A DNA stretch of 64,000 bases from Acidimicrobiia bacterium (GTDB lineage Bacteria > Actinomycetota > Acidimicrobiia > Acidimicrobiales > VFJN01). The stretch spans positions 4,833 to 68,832 of the forward strand of contig VSCH01000014.1 of the NCBI GenBank assembly GCA_047459075.1, in the 5' to 3' direction. The notes beneath the pieces are model-generated. The model worked only from the letters and a program-made list of their open reading frames with translations, was not told where the DNA came from and did not search any database. Position 1 is the stretch's first letter. Each line of letters begins with the position of its first letter. Below are positions 36,244 to 46,444 of the stretch, piece after piece. Position numbers and translations under genes: made by a program.

Positions 36244-36291
36244 GCGCGGGGTGGCCGGGCGCGCGAACTCGCGTGCCCGGCCACCCCGCGC
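36244..36291 (+). terminator. 22-bp stem / AACU tetraloop hairpin after glnA
   Basis: GCGCGGGGTGGCCGGGCGCGCG-aact-CGCGTGCCCGGCCACCCCGCGC, with one G-U pair. It argues against the ORF-track start at 36223 for the next gene. Confidence 0.6.
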
Positions 36292-36336
36292 TCGGGCAGG
36301 CTCGCGGTGCCCGTCCGTCACCAGTGGAGGCCTCCG

Positions 36337-37251
36337 GTGACCGCCCGCGTCCGCCACATCACCTTCGACTGCCGCGAGCCGTACCGCCTCGCCCGGTTCT
36401 GGGGTGAGGTGCTGGGGTTCGTCGACGACCCCGACAACCCCAACGCGCCCGACGACCCCGAGGCCCTGATCGTCGACCCCACCGGCCACCACCCGGGCCT
36501 GCTGTTCGTCCCGGTCCCCGAGCCGAAGACGGTGAAGAACCGGGTCCACCTCGACCTGCGGCCGGAGGTGTCCCGCGACGAGATGGTCGAGCGGGTGCTC
36601 GCCCTCGGGGGCACGGTCGTCGCCGACCGCCGGGCCGAGGACGGCTCCGGCTGGGTCGTCATGGCCGACCCGGAGGGCAACGAGCTGTGCGTCGAGCGGT
36701 CGGCCGCCGAGCGGGACGACGTGCCCGCCCCGATCGACACCGGCGTCCGGCCCTTCCCGCCGGTGCGCACGGCGGGCGAGCGGGAGCTGCTGACGAGCAT
36801 GCTCGACTGGTACCGGGACGGCGTCGTCCGCAAGGTCGAGGGCCTGCGGCAGCACCACGCGGTCGCCCGGCCGCTGCGGTCGGAGACGTCGGTCGCCGGG
36901 ATCGTGAAGCACCTCGCCCTGGTCGAGGACGGGTGGTTCAGCATCCGCTTCGCCGGCCGGGCGGGGCAGGAGCTGTGGCCGGACCTCGACGAGGACCGCG
37001 AGCCCGACTGGGACTTCCGTAGCGCCCGCGACGAGCCCCTCGCGCTCAACGTCGCCCGCTACCAGGAGGCGGTCGCCCGGTCCCGGGCCGTCACCGAGGC
37101 GCACGAGCTCGACGACGTCTGCGCCGACCCCCACCCCCGCGGCGAGTTCACGCTGCGCTTCGCGCTCGTCCACATGATCGAGGAGACGGCCCGCCACCTC
37201 GGCCACCTCGACATCCTCTGCGAGCACCTCGACGGCCGCACCGGGGAGTGA
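36337..37251 (+). CDS. fusion of a VOC/glyoxalase-like domain and a DinB-family domain
   Basis: GTG 36337 after GGAGG. The N-terminal half has HITFDCREPYRLARFWGEVLGF...VHLDL...DPEGNELCV. The C-terminal half has LVHMIEETARHLGHLDIL (DinB-type His motif). Confidence 0.65.
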   Translation: MTARVRHITFDCREPYRLARFWGEVLGFVDDPDNPNAPDDPEALIVDPTGHHPGLLFVPVPEPKTVKNRVHLDLRPEVSRDEMVERVLALGGTVVADRRAEDGSGWVVMADPEGNELCVERSAAERDDVPAPIDTGVRPFPPVRTAGERELLTSMLDWYRDGVVRKVEGLRQHHAVARPLRSETSVAGIVKHLALVEDGWFSIRFAGRAGQELWPDLDEDREPDWDFRSARDEPLALNVARYQEAVARSRAVTEAHELDDVCADPHPRGEFTLRFALVHMIEETARHLGHLDILCEHLDGRTGE

Positions 37252-38030
37252 GCCCGCTCCACGTCGTCGTCTCCGGGCCGCCGGCCAGCGGCAAGTCGAC
37301 CCTCGCCGCGCCGCTCGCCGCCGAGCTGGGGCTCCCGGTCGTTGGCGGCCGGGTCGTCGAGGTGTTCTGCCGCTGCGACCGCGACGTCACCGAGCGGCGG
37401 TTCCGGGCCCGGGCGGGCTCGTGCCACCCGGGGCACTTCGACGGCGCCCGCCCCTTCGACGAGCTGTGGGACGCCGACGTCACGCGACCCGTCGCCGGCG
37501 GGTGGCCGGTCCTGGAGGTGGACACCGCCCGGCCGGTCGACGTGGCCGCCCTGGCGGCGTCGATCGAGCGGCTGGGGCGCGACGCCGTGCCCGGCTGGGC
37601 CCCGGTCCGGGCCGCCGGTGTCACCGTCGGGGCCGGAGGCGGACGCAGCAGTGGTCGGGCTCCGGCTCCAGGCGGGCCTCCAGGCCGGGGTCGAGGTCGG
37701 CGACGGCGGCGCCGAGGAGGCCGAGGTTCATGCCGCACACGAGGTCGGTGTGGCGGCGGGCGAGGTCGTGGAACGGGCAGTTGCGCAGCACGACCGTGCC
37801 GTCGTCGCGGGCGACGGGCTCGTAGCCGATCTCCTCCAGCGCCCCGAGGATCGCCGAGCGGGGGGCGCGCCGCCCCGCCCGCTCGCGGACCCGCGCCGCC
37901 AACGCCCGGCCCTCGGCGGCGCAGACCTCCTCGAGCGCTGCGTCGACGTCGACGCCCTCGGCCCGGGCCCGGTCGACGGCGGCGGCGAGCAGTCGCCCGG
38001 CGAGCTCGTAGTCGCGGGGCGGGAGGGTGA
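37248..38030 (+). CDS. P-loop kinase-like protein, apparently shortened; 3' end unreliable (possible gene remnant)
   Basis: Walker A VSGPPASGKSTLA, then directly VVEVFCRCDRDV...GHFD...WPVLEVDT. The frame has no stop until 38030, about 400 nt inside the convergent regulator gene, and that tail is Arg/Gly shadow sequence. Confidence 0.45.
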   Translation: MSPLHVVVSGPPASGKSTLAAPLAAELGLPVVGGRVVEVFCRCDRDVTERRFRARAGSCHPGHFDGARPFDELWDADVTRPVAGGWPVLEVDTARPVDVAALAASIERLGRDAVPGWAPVRAAGVTVGAGGGRSSGRAPAPGGPPGRGRGRRRRRRGGRGSCRTRGRCGGGRGRGTGSCAARPCRRRGRRARSRSPPAPRGSPSGGRAAPPARGPAPPTPGPRRRRPPRALRRRRRPRPGPGRRRRRAVARRARSRGAGG

Positions 38031-38322
38031 CCTCGAACTGGCGGGAGGCTCGACGGTAGAGCTTGGCGGGCCGCCCCGCGCCCGGGCCCTGGCGGCCGGT
38101 CAGCCGCCGGTAGTCGATCTCCAGCAGGCCGTCGGCGGCGAGGCGGTCGAGGTGGTGGGCGGCCGTACCCCGCTCGACGCCCACGGCCCGGGCGGCCTCG
38201 TCCCGGCTGACCCACCCCCCGGCGGCCACGACGTACTCGTACAGCGCCCGCCGCGAGCCGTCGCCGAGCGCGGCGAGGGCGCCCAGGTCGTCGCCTCGTG
38301 TCCGATCGGTCTGCTCGCTCAC
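37621..38322 (-). CDS. ArsR-type wHTH regulator with C-terminal Cys domain (paralogue of 25965-26666)
   Basis: GTG 38322. RRALYEYVVAAGGWVSRDEAARAVGVERGTAAHHLDRLAADGLL and NCPFHDLARRHTDLVCGMNLGLL...DHCCV. Confidence 0.7.
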   Translation of the reverse strand: MSEQTDRTRGDDLGALAALGDGSRRALYEYVVAAGGWVSRDEAARAVGVERGTAAHHLDRLAADGLLEIDYRRLTGRQGPGAGRPAKLYRRASRQFEVTLPPRDYELAGRLLAAAVDRARAEGVDVDAALEEVCAAEGRALAARVRERAGRRAPRSAILGALEEIGYEPVARDDGTVVLRNCPFHDLARRHTDLVCGMNLGLLGAAVADLDPGLEARLEPEPDHCCVRLRPRR

Positions 38323-38419
38323 GGCTCCGGCCTTCTCGACGGCCGCCCGCCGGCCGGCAGGGCCGGCGCGGCACCGCTCGCAGTCTAAAGCAAACGGCCC
38401 TTGACGAAACAACGGGCGC

Positions 38420-39013
38420 TCAGGCGAGCCGGAGCCAGACGCGCACGAGGTCGCGCAGGCGGTCGATGCCCACGTTCCGCTCCGCGCTCGTCCACACGAC
38501 GTCGCCCCGCTCGAGGTCGCAGGCCGCGGCCAGGTCGCGCTTGCGCCGCTCCCGCTTCGAGGGCCGCACCTTGTCGTGCTTGGTGGCCACGACGGTGTGC
38601 GGCAGGCCCTGGGCCCGCAGCCAGGCGAGCAGCTGCCGGTCGAGGTCGGTCGGCCCCACCTCGCCGTCCACCAGGGCCATGACCATCGTCAGCGGCTCGC
38701 GCTCGAGCAGGTAGCCCTCGATCATCCGCTGCCAGCGGCCCCGCTCCGCCTTCGAGACCTTGGCGTAGCCGTAGCCCGGGCAGTCGACGAGCGTCGGCCC
38801 ACCCGCCTCGCCGACGGCGTAGCAGTCGAGCAGCCGGGTGCGGCCCGGGGTCTTGGAGGTCCGGGCGAGGCCGCGGCGGTTGGCGAGGGCGTTGAGCAGC
38901 GACGACTTGCCGACGTTGGACCGCCCGACGACCGCCACCTCGGCCGGCGAGGCGGGCAGGCGGTCGACGGACTCGGCCGAGGTGACGAAGCGGAGGGCGA
39001 GGGGCGGGCTCAT
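38420..39013 (-). CDS. engB: ribosome-biogenesis GTPase YihA/EngB
   Basis: ATG 39013. G1 GRSNVGKSSLLNAL, G3 DCPGYGYA, G4 TKHDK. Confidence 0.9.
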   Translation of the reverse strand: MSPPLALRFVTSAESVDRLPASPAEVAVVGRSNVGKSSLLNALANRRGLARTSKTPGRTRLLDCYAVGEAGGPTLVDCPGYGYAKVSKAERGRWQRMIEGYLLEREPLTMVMALVDGEVGPTDLDRQLLAWLRAQGLPHTVVATKHDKVRPSKRERRKRDLAAACDLERGDVVWTSAERNVGIDRLRDLVRVWLRLA

Positions 39014-39177
39014 GGCGGCCACATTCTCGCCCGCGGCGACCCCCACCCACCGGCGACCGCCCTGGTCCCGGCGGCCACGGGGCGTCGGCGGGCCACATCG
39101 CAGCGCGCTCACCGGCGCGATGTGTTAGCCATTCGGCTCGGCGGGCGATCTTCTTGCCAATGCAGGGGGGATGCAAG

Positions 39178-40824
39178 ATGTCAGATCGTCCAGAACCGAC
39201 CCGCGCACGGGTCGGTCGAGCGCTGGCGGCCCTCGCCGTCGCGCTGTCGGCCGTCGCCGCGGCCTCGCTGCCCGCCGACGCCGCACCCGACGGGGGCGGG
39301 GGGCACGGCCACGACCGGGCCTGCGAGCGCCGGGCCAACAACACCTACGACAAGCTGCTCGAGTGCGTGGACGCCGAGGGGGTGTTCGAGCACCTCGAGG
39401 CGTTCCAGCAGATCGCGGACGACAACGGCGGCACCCGGGCGTCGGGCACGCCCGGCTACGACGCCTCGGCCGACTACGTCGCGAGCAAGCTGGAGCAGGC
39501 CGGCTACCAGGTGACGCGCCAGCGCTTCGAGTTCCCGTACTTCGAGGAGCTGGCCGACCCGGTGCTCGAGGTCGTCAGCCCCACGCCGGCGCTGCTGGAG
39601 ACCGGCACGTTCGAGTTCTCCGGCTCGGGTGACGTCACCGGTCCCGTGGTCCCCGTCGACGTCAACCTCGACGGCGACCGGGCGTCGGACAGCGGCTGCG
39701 AGCCCGAGGACTTCGCCGGCCTCGACCTGAGCGGCGACGCCGACATCGCCCTCGTCCAGCGGGGCACCTGCGAGTTCGGCGTCAAGGCGCTCAACGCGCA
39801 GGAGGCCGGCGCCGAGGCGGTGGTCATCTTCAACCAGGGCAACGACCCCGGGCGCCTGGACCTGATCGTCGGCACGCTCGGCGAGCAGGCGGCCGGCGCC
39901 GTCACCATCCCGGTCGTCGGCGCGTCGTTCGACGACGGCGTGACGCTCAGCCAGCCGGGGACGATCGCGCACGTGGCGACCGAGACGTTCCTCGAGTTCC
40001 GCACGACCGAGAACGTCATCGCGGACAGCCCGTGGGGCGACCCCGACAACGTCGTGATGTCGGGCGCCCACCTCGACGGCGTCACCGCCGGCCCGGGCAT
40101 CAACGACAACGGGTCGGGCTCGGCCGCGCTGCTCGAGGTGGCCCTGAACATGGCCAAGGTCCACGCGCCGAACAAGCTCCGCTTCGCCTGGTGGGGCGCC
40201 GAGGAGTCGGGCCTGATCGGCTCCTGGTACTACGTGGACAACCTGCCCCAGGACGAGCTCGACCGGATCGCCCTGTACATGAACTACGACATGGTCGGCT
40301 CGCCGAACTACATCCTCATGGTCTACGACGCCGACGAGTCGACCTTCGCGGCCGCCGACTTCGGCGTCGAGGTGCCCGAGGGCTCGACGGCCATCGAGGA
40401 CGTCTACGAGTCGTTCTACACGTGGCTGGGCGTGCCGTACGACGACACGGCCTTCTCCGGCCGCAGCGACTACCAGGCGTTCATCCTCAACGGCATCCCG
40501 GCGAGCGGCCTGTTCACGGGCGCCGAGGAGACCAAGACGGCGGAGCAGGCGGCGATCTGGGGCGGCACGGCCGGCGACTGGCTCGACCCCTGCTACCACC
40601 AGGCCTGCGACACGATCGACAACGTCGACCGTGACGCGATCGAGGTCAACAGCGACGCCATGGCCTTCGCGGCGCTGACGTTCGCCTACAGCACCGAGGA
40701 CGTCAACGGCGTGCCCGGCCGCCGGGTGCCCGGGCGTCCCTTCCCGCTGCCGGACCCCGCCGGGCCCGAGGGCACCTTCGGCGGCGGTGACGGCGGCGCC
40801 GGTCCCGCCCACGGGTCGCGCTGA
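39178..40824 (+). CDS. secreted M28-family aminopeptidase with PA domain
   Basis: Signal peptide. AHLDGVTAGPGINDNGSGSAALLEVA, WWGAEESGLIGS, YDMVGSPN. ATG 39178 after GGGGGG. Confidence 0.85.
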   Translation: MSDRPEPTRARVGRALAALAVALSAVAAASLPADAAPDGGGGHGHDRACERRANNTYDKLLECVDAEGVFEHLEAFQQIADDNGGTRASGTPGYDASADYVASKLEQAGYQVTRQRFEFPYFEELADPVLEVVSPTPALLETGTFEFSGSGDVTGPVVPVDVNLDGDRASDSGCEPEDFAGLDLSGDADIALVQRGTCEFGVKALNAQEAGAEAVVIFNQGNDPGRLDLIVGTLGEQAAGAVTIPVVGASFDDGVTLSQPGTIAHVATETFLEFRTTENVIADSPWGDPDNVVMSGAHLDGVTAGPGINDNGSGSAALLEVALNMAKVHAPNKLRFAWWGAEESGLIGSWYYVDNLPQDELDRIALYMNYDMVGSPNYILMVYDADESTFAAADFGVEVPEGSTAIEDVYESFYTWLGVPYDDTAFSGRSDYQAFILNGIPASGLFTGAEETKTAEQAAIWGGTAGDWLDPCYHQACDTIDNVDRDAIEVNSDAMAFAALTFAYSTEDVNGVPGRRVPGRPFPLPDPAGPEGTFGGGDGGAGPAHGSR

Positions 40825-40853
40825 CCCGCGGCTCGGGCGACTGCGCAGCGGAC

Positions 40854-40877
40854 GGGCCGGCCCCTCGGGGCCGGCCC
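40854..40877. terminator. bidirectional GC hairpin between convergent genes
   Basis: GGGCCGGCCCC-tc-GGGGCCGGCCC, about a 10-bp stem. Confidence 0.5.
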
Positions 40878-40893
40878 GCTCGCGCCCGGCGGC

Positions 40894-41826
<933 letters not shown>

Positions 41827-41911
41827 CGTCCCTCCCAGCGACTGACGGGACCGTCATCATCGCGGCCGGCCGTGACGGCCGCCACACCCACCGCGGGGCG
41901 TGGGCGGCCCC

Positions 41912-44587
41912 TCAGCCGGTGCCGTAGAAGAGGCGCTCGACGACCCGCCGGGCCCGGCGGGTGCGGCGGCGGTGCTCCTCCCGCAGCTCGGTCGGGGTGG
42001 TGTCGAGCGAGCGGGCCAGGCGCAGCAGGTCGTGCGGCCGCGTCGGCAGGGAGTCGACCGCGGTCGGCGCCGAGCCGACGAGCCACCAGCGGTTCCTGGT
42101 CCGCTCGCAGAACCGGTAGGAGTCCCGGAGCACCGCGGCGTCCTCGGGCGAGACGACGCCCTGCTCCTCGAGCACGTCGAGGGCCTGCATGGTCGACGGG
42201 GCGCGGGTGCGGGTGCGCAGCTGCAGCAGCTGGACGGTCCACTCGACGTCCGCCAGCGCGCCCCGCCCGAGCTTGAGGTGGAAGCGGGGGTCCTCGCCGG
42301 GCGGGATCCGCTCGCGCTCGACCCGGGCCTTCATGCGCCGGATCTCCCGCTCGTGCACGGCCTCGAAGGGCCGCTCCCACACCGCCTCCTCGATGAGGGC
42401 CAGGAACCGCCGGCCCAGCTCGGGGTCGCCGGCCACCGGCCGGGCCCGGGTCAGCGCCTGGCGCTCCCAGGTCTGGGCCCAGCGGTCCAGGTAGGCGGCG
42501 TAGCCCTGCAGGCTGCGGGCGAGCGGGCCGTGGCGCCCCTCGGGGCGGAGGTCGGCGTCGACCTCGTAGATGCGCCGGGCCGGGGTGTCGCCCGCCAGGA
42601 AGCGCAGGACGCCCGCGGCCACCCGCAACCCCTCCTCGTGGTCGGCGGGGGAGGCGCCGTCGTGGACGAACAGCACGTCGAGGTCGCTGGCGTAGGACAG
42701 CTCGCCCCCGGCGAACCGGCCGAGCGCCACGACGGCGAACGGGACCTCGGGCTCGAGCTGGGCCAGGGCGATCTCGAGGCAGGCCTCGGCCTGGGCGGTG
42801 AGGTCGGCGGCCACGACCGGCACGTCGGCGTGGCCGAACACGTCGCGGGCGGCCACGCCCAGCAGGTGCCGGCCCCGCCACCGGCGCAGCGCCCGCTGCT
42901 TCTCCGCGATCGTCGGGCGCCAGTCGACCGTCGACGCGGCCGAGGCGATGAGCCCGGCGCGGTCGAGCGTCCGCAGCCGCGCCTCCTCGGCCAGCCGCTC
43001 GATCAGGTCGGGGTTGGCGACGAGGATGTCGCCGAGCAGCGCGCTGGTGCCGAGCAGCAGGCACAGCCGCTGGGCCACGTCGGGGCTGTCGCGGAAGGCC
43101 TGGGCGAGCGCCATCGAGCGCTGCTGCCCCGAGGCCAGCTTGCGCAGCCCGAGCAGGCCGAGGTCCGGGTCGGGCGAGGACGACAGCCAGTCGAGGACCA
43201 GCGGCATGAGCTGCTGCATCATCCGGGACGACCGGGTCAGGCCGCGGGTCAGCTCGCGCACCGCCTCCCGGGTGCGGGCCGCGTCGGTGAAGCCGAAGCT
43301 CGCCAGCGCCGAGGCGGCCGCCTCGGGCGACAGCCGCCCGGCCCCGGCCAGGCTGTCGAGCAGGGGCCGGAAGTAGAGCCGCTCGTGGACCGACCGCACG
43401 ACGTTCCGCTGCCGGGCGAGGTCGCGGTCGAAGGCCTCGGTCGGGCCGGCCTCCCGCGTGCCCCGGTAGCCGAGGACCCGGGCGATCCGGCGCCGGTGCG
43501 CCCGGTCGGCGGGCACGGTGTGGGTCTGGCGCTCGTCCTCGATCTGCAGGGCGTGCTCGACCCGACGGAGGAACCGGTAGGCGTCGGCCAGCGCCACGGC
43601 GTCGTCGTGGGCGACGTAGCCGGCCGCGTCCATCTCGGCCAGGGCGACGAGCGTCGTCGGCGACCGCAGCTCGGGGTCGGCCCGCCCGTGCACCAGCTGC
43701 AGCGTCTGGACGGCGAACTCGATGTCCCGGATGCCGCCGGGGCCGCGCTTGATCTCCCGGTCGGCCACGCCCTCCCGCTGCACCTCGGCCTCGGCCCGGG
43801 CCTTGAGCGCCCGCAGCGAGCGCAGGTCGTCGGCGCCGAAGGGCCGCGCCCACAGCGCGGCCGCGGCCGCCTCGGCCCAGGCCGCCCCGACCTCGCGGTC
43901 GCCGGCCACCGGCCGCGCCTTCAGCAGGGCCTGGAACTCCCACGGCTGGGCCCAGCGCTGCCAGTAGGCCTGGTAGCTCGCCACCGTGCGGGTGAGGGCG
44001 CCGTCGCGGCCCTCGGGCCGCAGGTTGGCGTCGACCCGGTAGCAGCGGCGGGCGACGTCCATGACGGCCCGCGCCGCCCGGGCGTCGCCGCCGACGAACA
44101 TCAGGTCGATGTCGCTGGCGTAGTTGAGCTCCCGCCCGCCCAGCTTCCCCATGCCGACGACGGCCAGGCCGGCGGCGCCGACCAGCGCCACGGCCCGGTC
44201 GAGCACGGTGGCGGCGACGTCGGACAGCGCCGCGGTCGTCTGCTCGAGGCTGCGCCGCCCGAGCAGGTCGACCGCCATGATCCGCAGGTGGGCCAGCCGC
44301 TTGGCCCGCGCGAGCGTCTCGACGTCGGGCGCCTCGGCGAGGAGCGCCAGGCCGCCGTGGGCCGCCCCGCCCTGGGCGTCGTCGAGGTCGGCCAGCACGT
44401 CGAGGGCGGCGGGATCGGTCTCGATCAGCCGCGTCGCGCTGCGGCTGGCGGCCACGACGGTCACGAAGGCCTCGGCCAGCGGGGGCGACGCCTCGATCCG
44501 GGCGACGACGTCGTCGCCCAGCCGGCCGAGCGCGGCCCGCACCGCGTCGGGGTGCGCGCTGCGGTCCACGAGCTCGGCCAGCTCCAC
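41912..44587 (-). CDS. glnE: bifunctional glutamine synthetase adenylyltransferase/adenylyl-removing enzyme
   Basis: Two nucleotidyltransferase cores (GKLGGRELNYASDIDLMFV and GRFAGGELSYASDLDVLFV), each followed by a GlnE-C region. GTG 44587 is the chosen start. The rest of the 1712-aa track ORF is shadow. Confidence 0.85.
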   Translation of the reverse strand: MELAELVDRSAHPDAVRAALGRLGDDVVARIEASPPLAEAFVTVVAASRSATRLIETDPAALDVLADLDDAQGGAAHGGLALLAEAPDVETLARAKRLAHLRIMAVDLLGRRSLEQTTAALSDVAATVLDRAVALVGAAGLAVVGMGKLGGRELNYASDIDLMFVGGDARAARAVMDVARRCYRVDANLRPEGRDGALTRTVASYQAYWQRWAQPWEFQALLKARPVAGDREVGAAWAEAAAAALWARPFGADDLRSLRALKARAEAEVQREGVADREIKRGPGGIRDIEFAVQTLQLVHGRADPELRSPTTLVALAEMDAAGYVAHDDAVALADAYRFLRRVEHALQIEDERQTHTVPADRAHRRRIARVLGYRGTREAGPTEAFDRDLARQRNVVRSVHERLYFRPLLDSLAGAGRLSPEAAASALASFGFTDAARTREAVRELTRGLTRSSRMMQQLMPLVLDWLSSSPDPDLGLLGLRKLASGQQRSMALAQAFRDSPDVAQRLCLLLGTSALLGDILVANPDLIERLAEEARLRTLDRAGLIASAASTVDWRPTIAEKQRALRRWRGRHLLGVAARDVFGHADVPVVAADLTAQAEACLEIALAQLEPEVPFAVVALGRFAGGELSYASDLDVLFVHDGASPADHEEGLRVAAGVLRFLAGDTPARRIYEVDADLRPEGRHGPLARSLQGYAAYLDRWAQTWERQALTRARPVAGDPELGRRFLALIEEAVWERPFEAVHEREIRRMKARVERERIPPGEDPRFHLKLGRGALADVEWTVQLLQLRTRTRAPSTMQALDVLEEQGVVSPEDAAVLRDSYRFCERTRNRWWLVGSAPTAVDSLPTRPHDLLRLARSLDTTPTELREEHRRRTRRARRVVERLFYGTG

Positions 44588-44647
44588 GGGACGAGTCTGC
44601 CGCCTCCGTCGCGTCCCCGTCGGCACCCGGCCGTACCCTGGAGGGCC

Positions 44648-46369
44648 GTGGCCCGCATCCGCGTCGCGCTCTGCCAGATCAACACGACCGTCGGCGACCT
44701 CGACGGCAACGTCGAGCGCGTGCTGCGCGCCGCCCGGGAGGCCGAGGAGGCGGGCTGCGACCTGGCCGTCTTCCCCGAGCTGGCGCTGACCGGCTACCCG
44801 CCCGAGGACCTGCTGCTGAAGCCCGGCTTCGTCGCCGACAACCGGCGGGCGCTCGACCGGGTGGCGGCCGCGACCGGCGAGTGCGCCGTGGTCGTCGGGT
44901 TCGTCGACGCCGGCCGCGACCTCTACAACGCCGCCGCCGTCTGCGCCCGGGGCCGGGTGCACGCCGTCTACCACAAGCGCAACCTGCCCAACTACGCGGT
45001 CTTCGACGAACAGCGCTACTTCGCCCCCGGCCAGACCACCTCGCCGCTCGTCGAGGTGGCCGGCGTGCGGGTCGGCGTGTCCGTCTGCGAGGACGCCTTC
45101 AACCCCAGCGGGCCCATCGCCACCCAGGCCGACGGCGGGGCCGAGCTGGTGGTCAACATCAACGCCTCGCCGTACTACGCCAACCGCCTGGCCGAGCGCG
45201 AGCGCATGCTGGCCACCCGGGCGTCGGACGCCTCCTGCACGCTCGTCTACGTCAACCAGGTGGGCGGCCAGGACGAGCTGGTGTTCGACGGCGCCTCGAT
45301 GGTGTTCGACACCCACGGCGAGCTGGTCGCCCGGGCCCGCCAGTTCGACGAGCAGGTGCTGGTGTGCGACATCGACGTCCAACCGGTGTTCCGCAAGCGG
45401 CTGCTCGACCCCCGGGGGCGGCGCACCGACGCGCCCCTGCCGGTCGTGACCATCTCGTCGGCGCCCCGGGTCGACGACCCCACCGACGTCCGGCGGCCCG
45501 CGGTGGCCCCCACCCTGCCCCCGGTGCGGGAGGTCTACGAGGCGCTGGTCCTCGGCACCCGCGACTACGTGCGCAAGAACGGCTTCACCGACGCGGTCGT
45601 CGGGCTGTCGGGCGGCATCGACTCGTCGCTGGTGGCGCTCATCGCCGTCGACGCCCTCGGCGCCGACCACGTCCACGGCGTGCTCATGCCGTCCCGCTAC
45701 TCCAGCGAGCACTCGCTGACCGACGCCGAGAAGCTGGCCACCGAGCTGGGCATCGAGCACCGGGTCATCCCCATCGAGCCGGCGCACGCCGCCCTGCTCG
45801 ACATGCTCGCCCCCAGCTTCGAGGGCCTCGAGCCCGACGTCACCGAGGAGAACCTGCAGTCGCGCATCCGCGGCGTGGTCCTCATGGCGCTGTCGAACAA
45901 GTTCCCGGGCTGGATCGTCCTGACGACCGGGAACAAGAGCGAGAGCGCCGTCGGCTACTCCACCCTCTACGGCGACACCGCCGGGGGGTTCGCCGTCATC
46001 AAGGACGTGCCCAAGACGCTCGTCTACGAGCTGTGCCGCGACCGCAACGCTCGGGCGGGCCGGGCGCTCGTGCCCGAGGAGGTGCTCACCAAGCCGCCCT
46101 CCGCCGAGCTGCGCCCCGGCCAGCTCGACGAGCAGTCGCTGCCGCCCTACGAGGTGCTCGACCCCATCCTCGAGGCCTACGTCGAGGACGACCGCACCCG
46201 GGCCGAGCTCGTCGGCATGGGGTTCGACCCGGCGCTCGTCGAGCGCGTCACCCGGATGGTCGACGCGGCGGAGTACAAGCGCCGCCAGACGCCGCCGGGC
46301 GTGCGGGTGACGCCCAAGGCCTTCGGCAAGGACCGCCGCGTGCCGATCACCAACCGCTACCGGGGTTGA
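44648..46369 (+). CDS. nadE: glutamine-dependent NAD+ synthetase
   Basis: CN-hydrolase half (FPELALTGYPPEDL, HKRNLPNYAVFDE, VSVCED) plus PP-loop LSGGIDSS. GTG 44648. Confidence 0.9.
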   Translation: MARIRVALCQINTTVGDLDGNVERVLRAAREAEEAGCDLAVFPELALTGYPPEDLLLKPGFVADNRRALDRVAAATGECAVVVGFVDAGRDLYNAAAVCARGRVHAVYHKRNLPNYAVFDEQRYFAPGQTTSPLVEVAGVRVGVSVCEDAFNPSGPIATQADGGAELVVNINASPYYANRLAERERMLATRASDASCTLVYVNQVGGQDELVFDGASMVFDTHGELVARARQFDEQVLVCDIDVQPVFRKRLLDPRGRRTDAPLPVVTISSAPRVDDPTDVRRPAVAPTLPPVREVYEALVLGTRDYVRKNGFTDAVVGLSGGIDSSLVALIAVDALGADHVHGVLMPSRYSSEHSLTDAEKLATELGIEHRVIPIEPAHAALLDMLAPSFEGLEPDVTEENLQSRIRGVVLMALSNKFPGWIVLTTGNKSESAVGYSTLYGDTAGGFAVIKDVPKTLVYELCRDRNARAGRALVPEEVLTKPPSAELRPGQLDEQSLPPYEVLDPILEAYVEDDRTRAELVGMGFDPALVERVTRMVDAAEYKRRQTPPGVRVTPKAFGKDRRVPITNRYRG

Positions 46370-46444
46370 CGGCGACGCCCGCCGCGCCGCACGCGGGGCC
46401 CGGCGGATTGCCCCCGGCGCGGCCGCAGCGGCGAAGCTGGGGGC

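Noticed and set aside
41900-44647. N-terminal 900 aa of the 1489-aa plus-strand ORF that ends as nadE, and the matching upstream extension of the glnE ORF (44588-47050, minus).
   Set aside because: Recognisable NadE sequence only begins at GTG 44648, and recognisable GlnE only at GTG 44587. The extensions are antisense shadows of each other's real genes.
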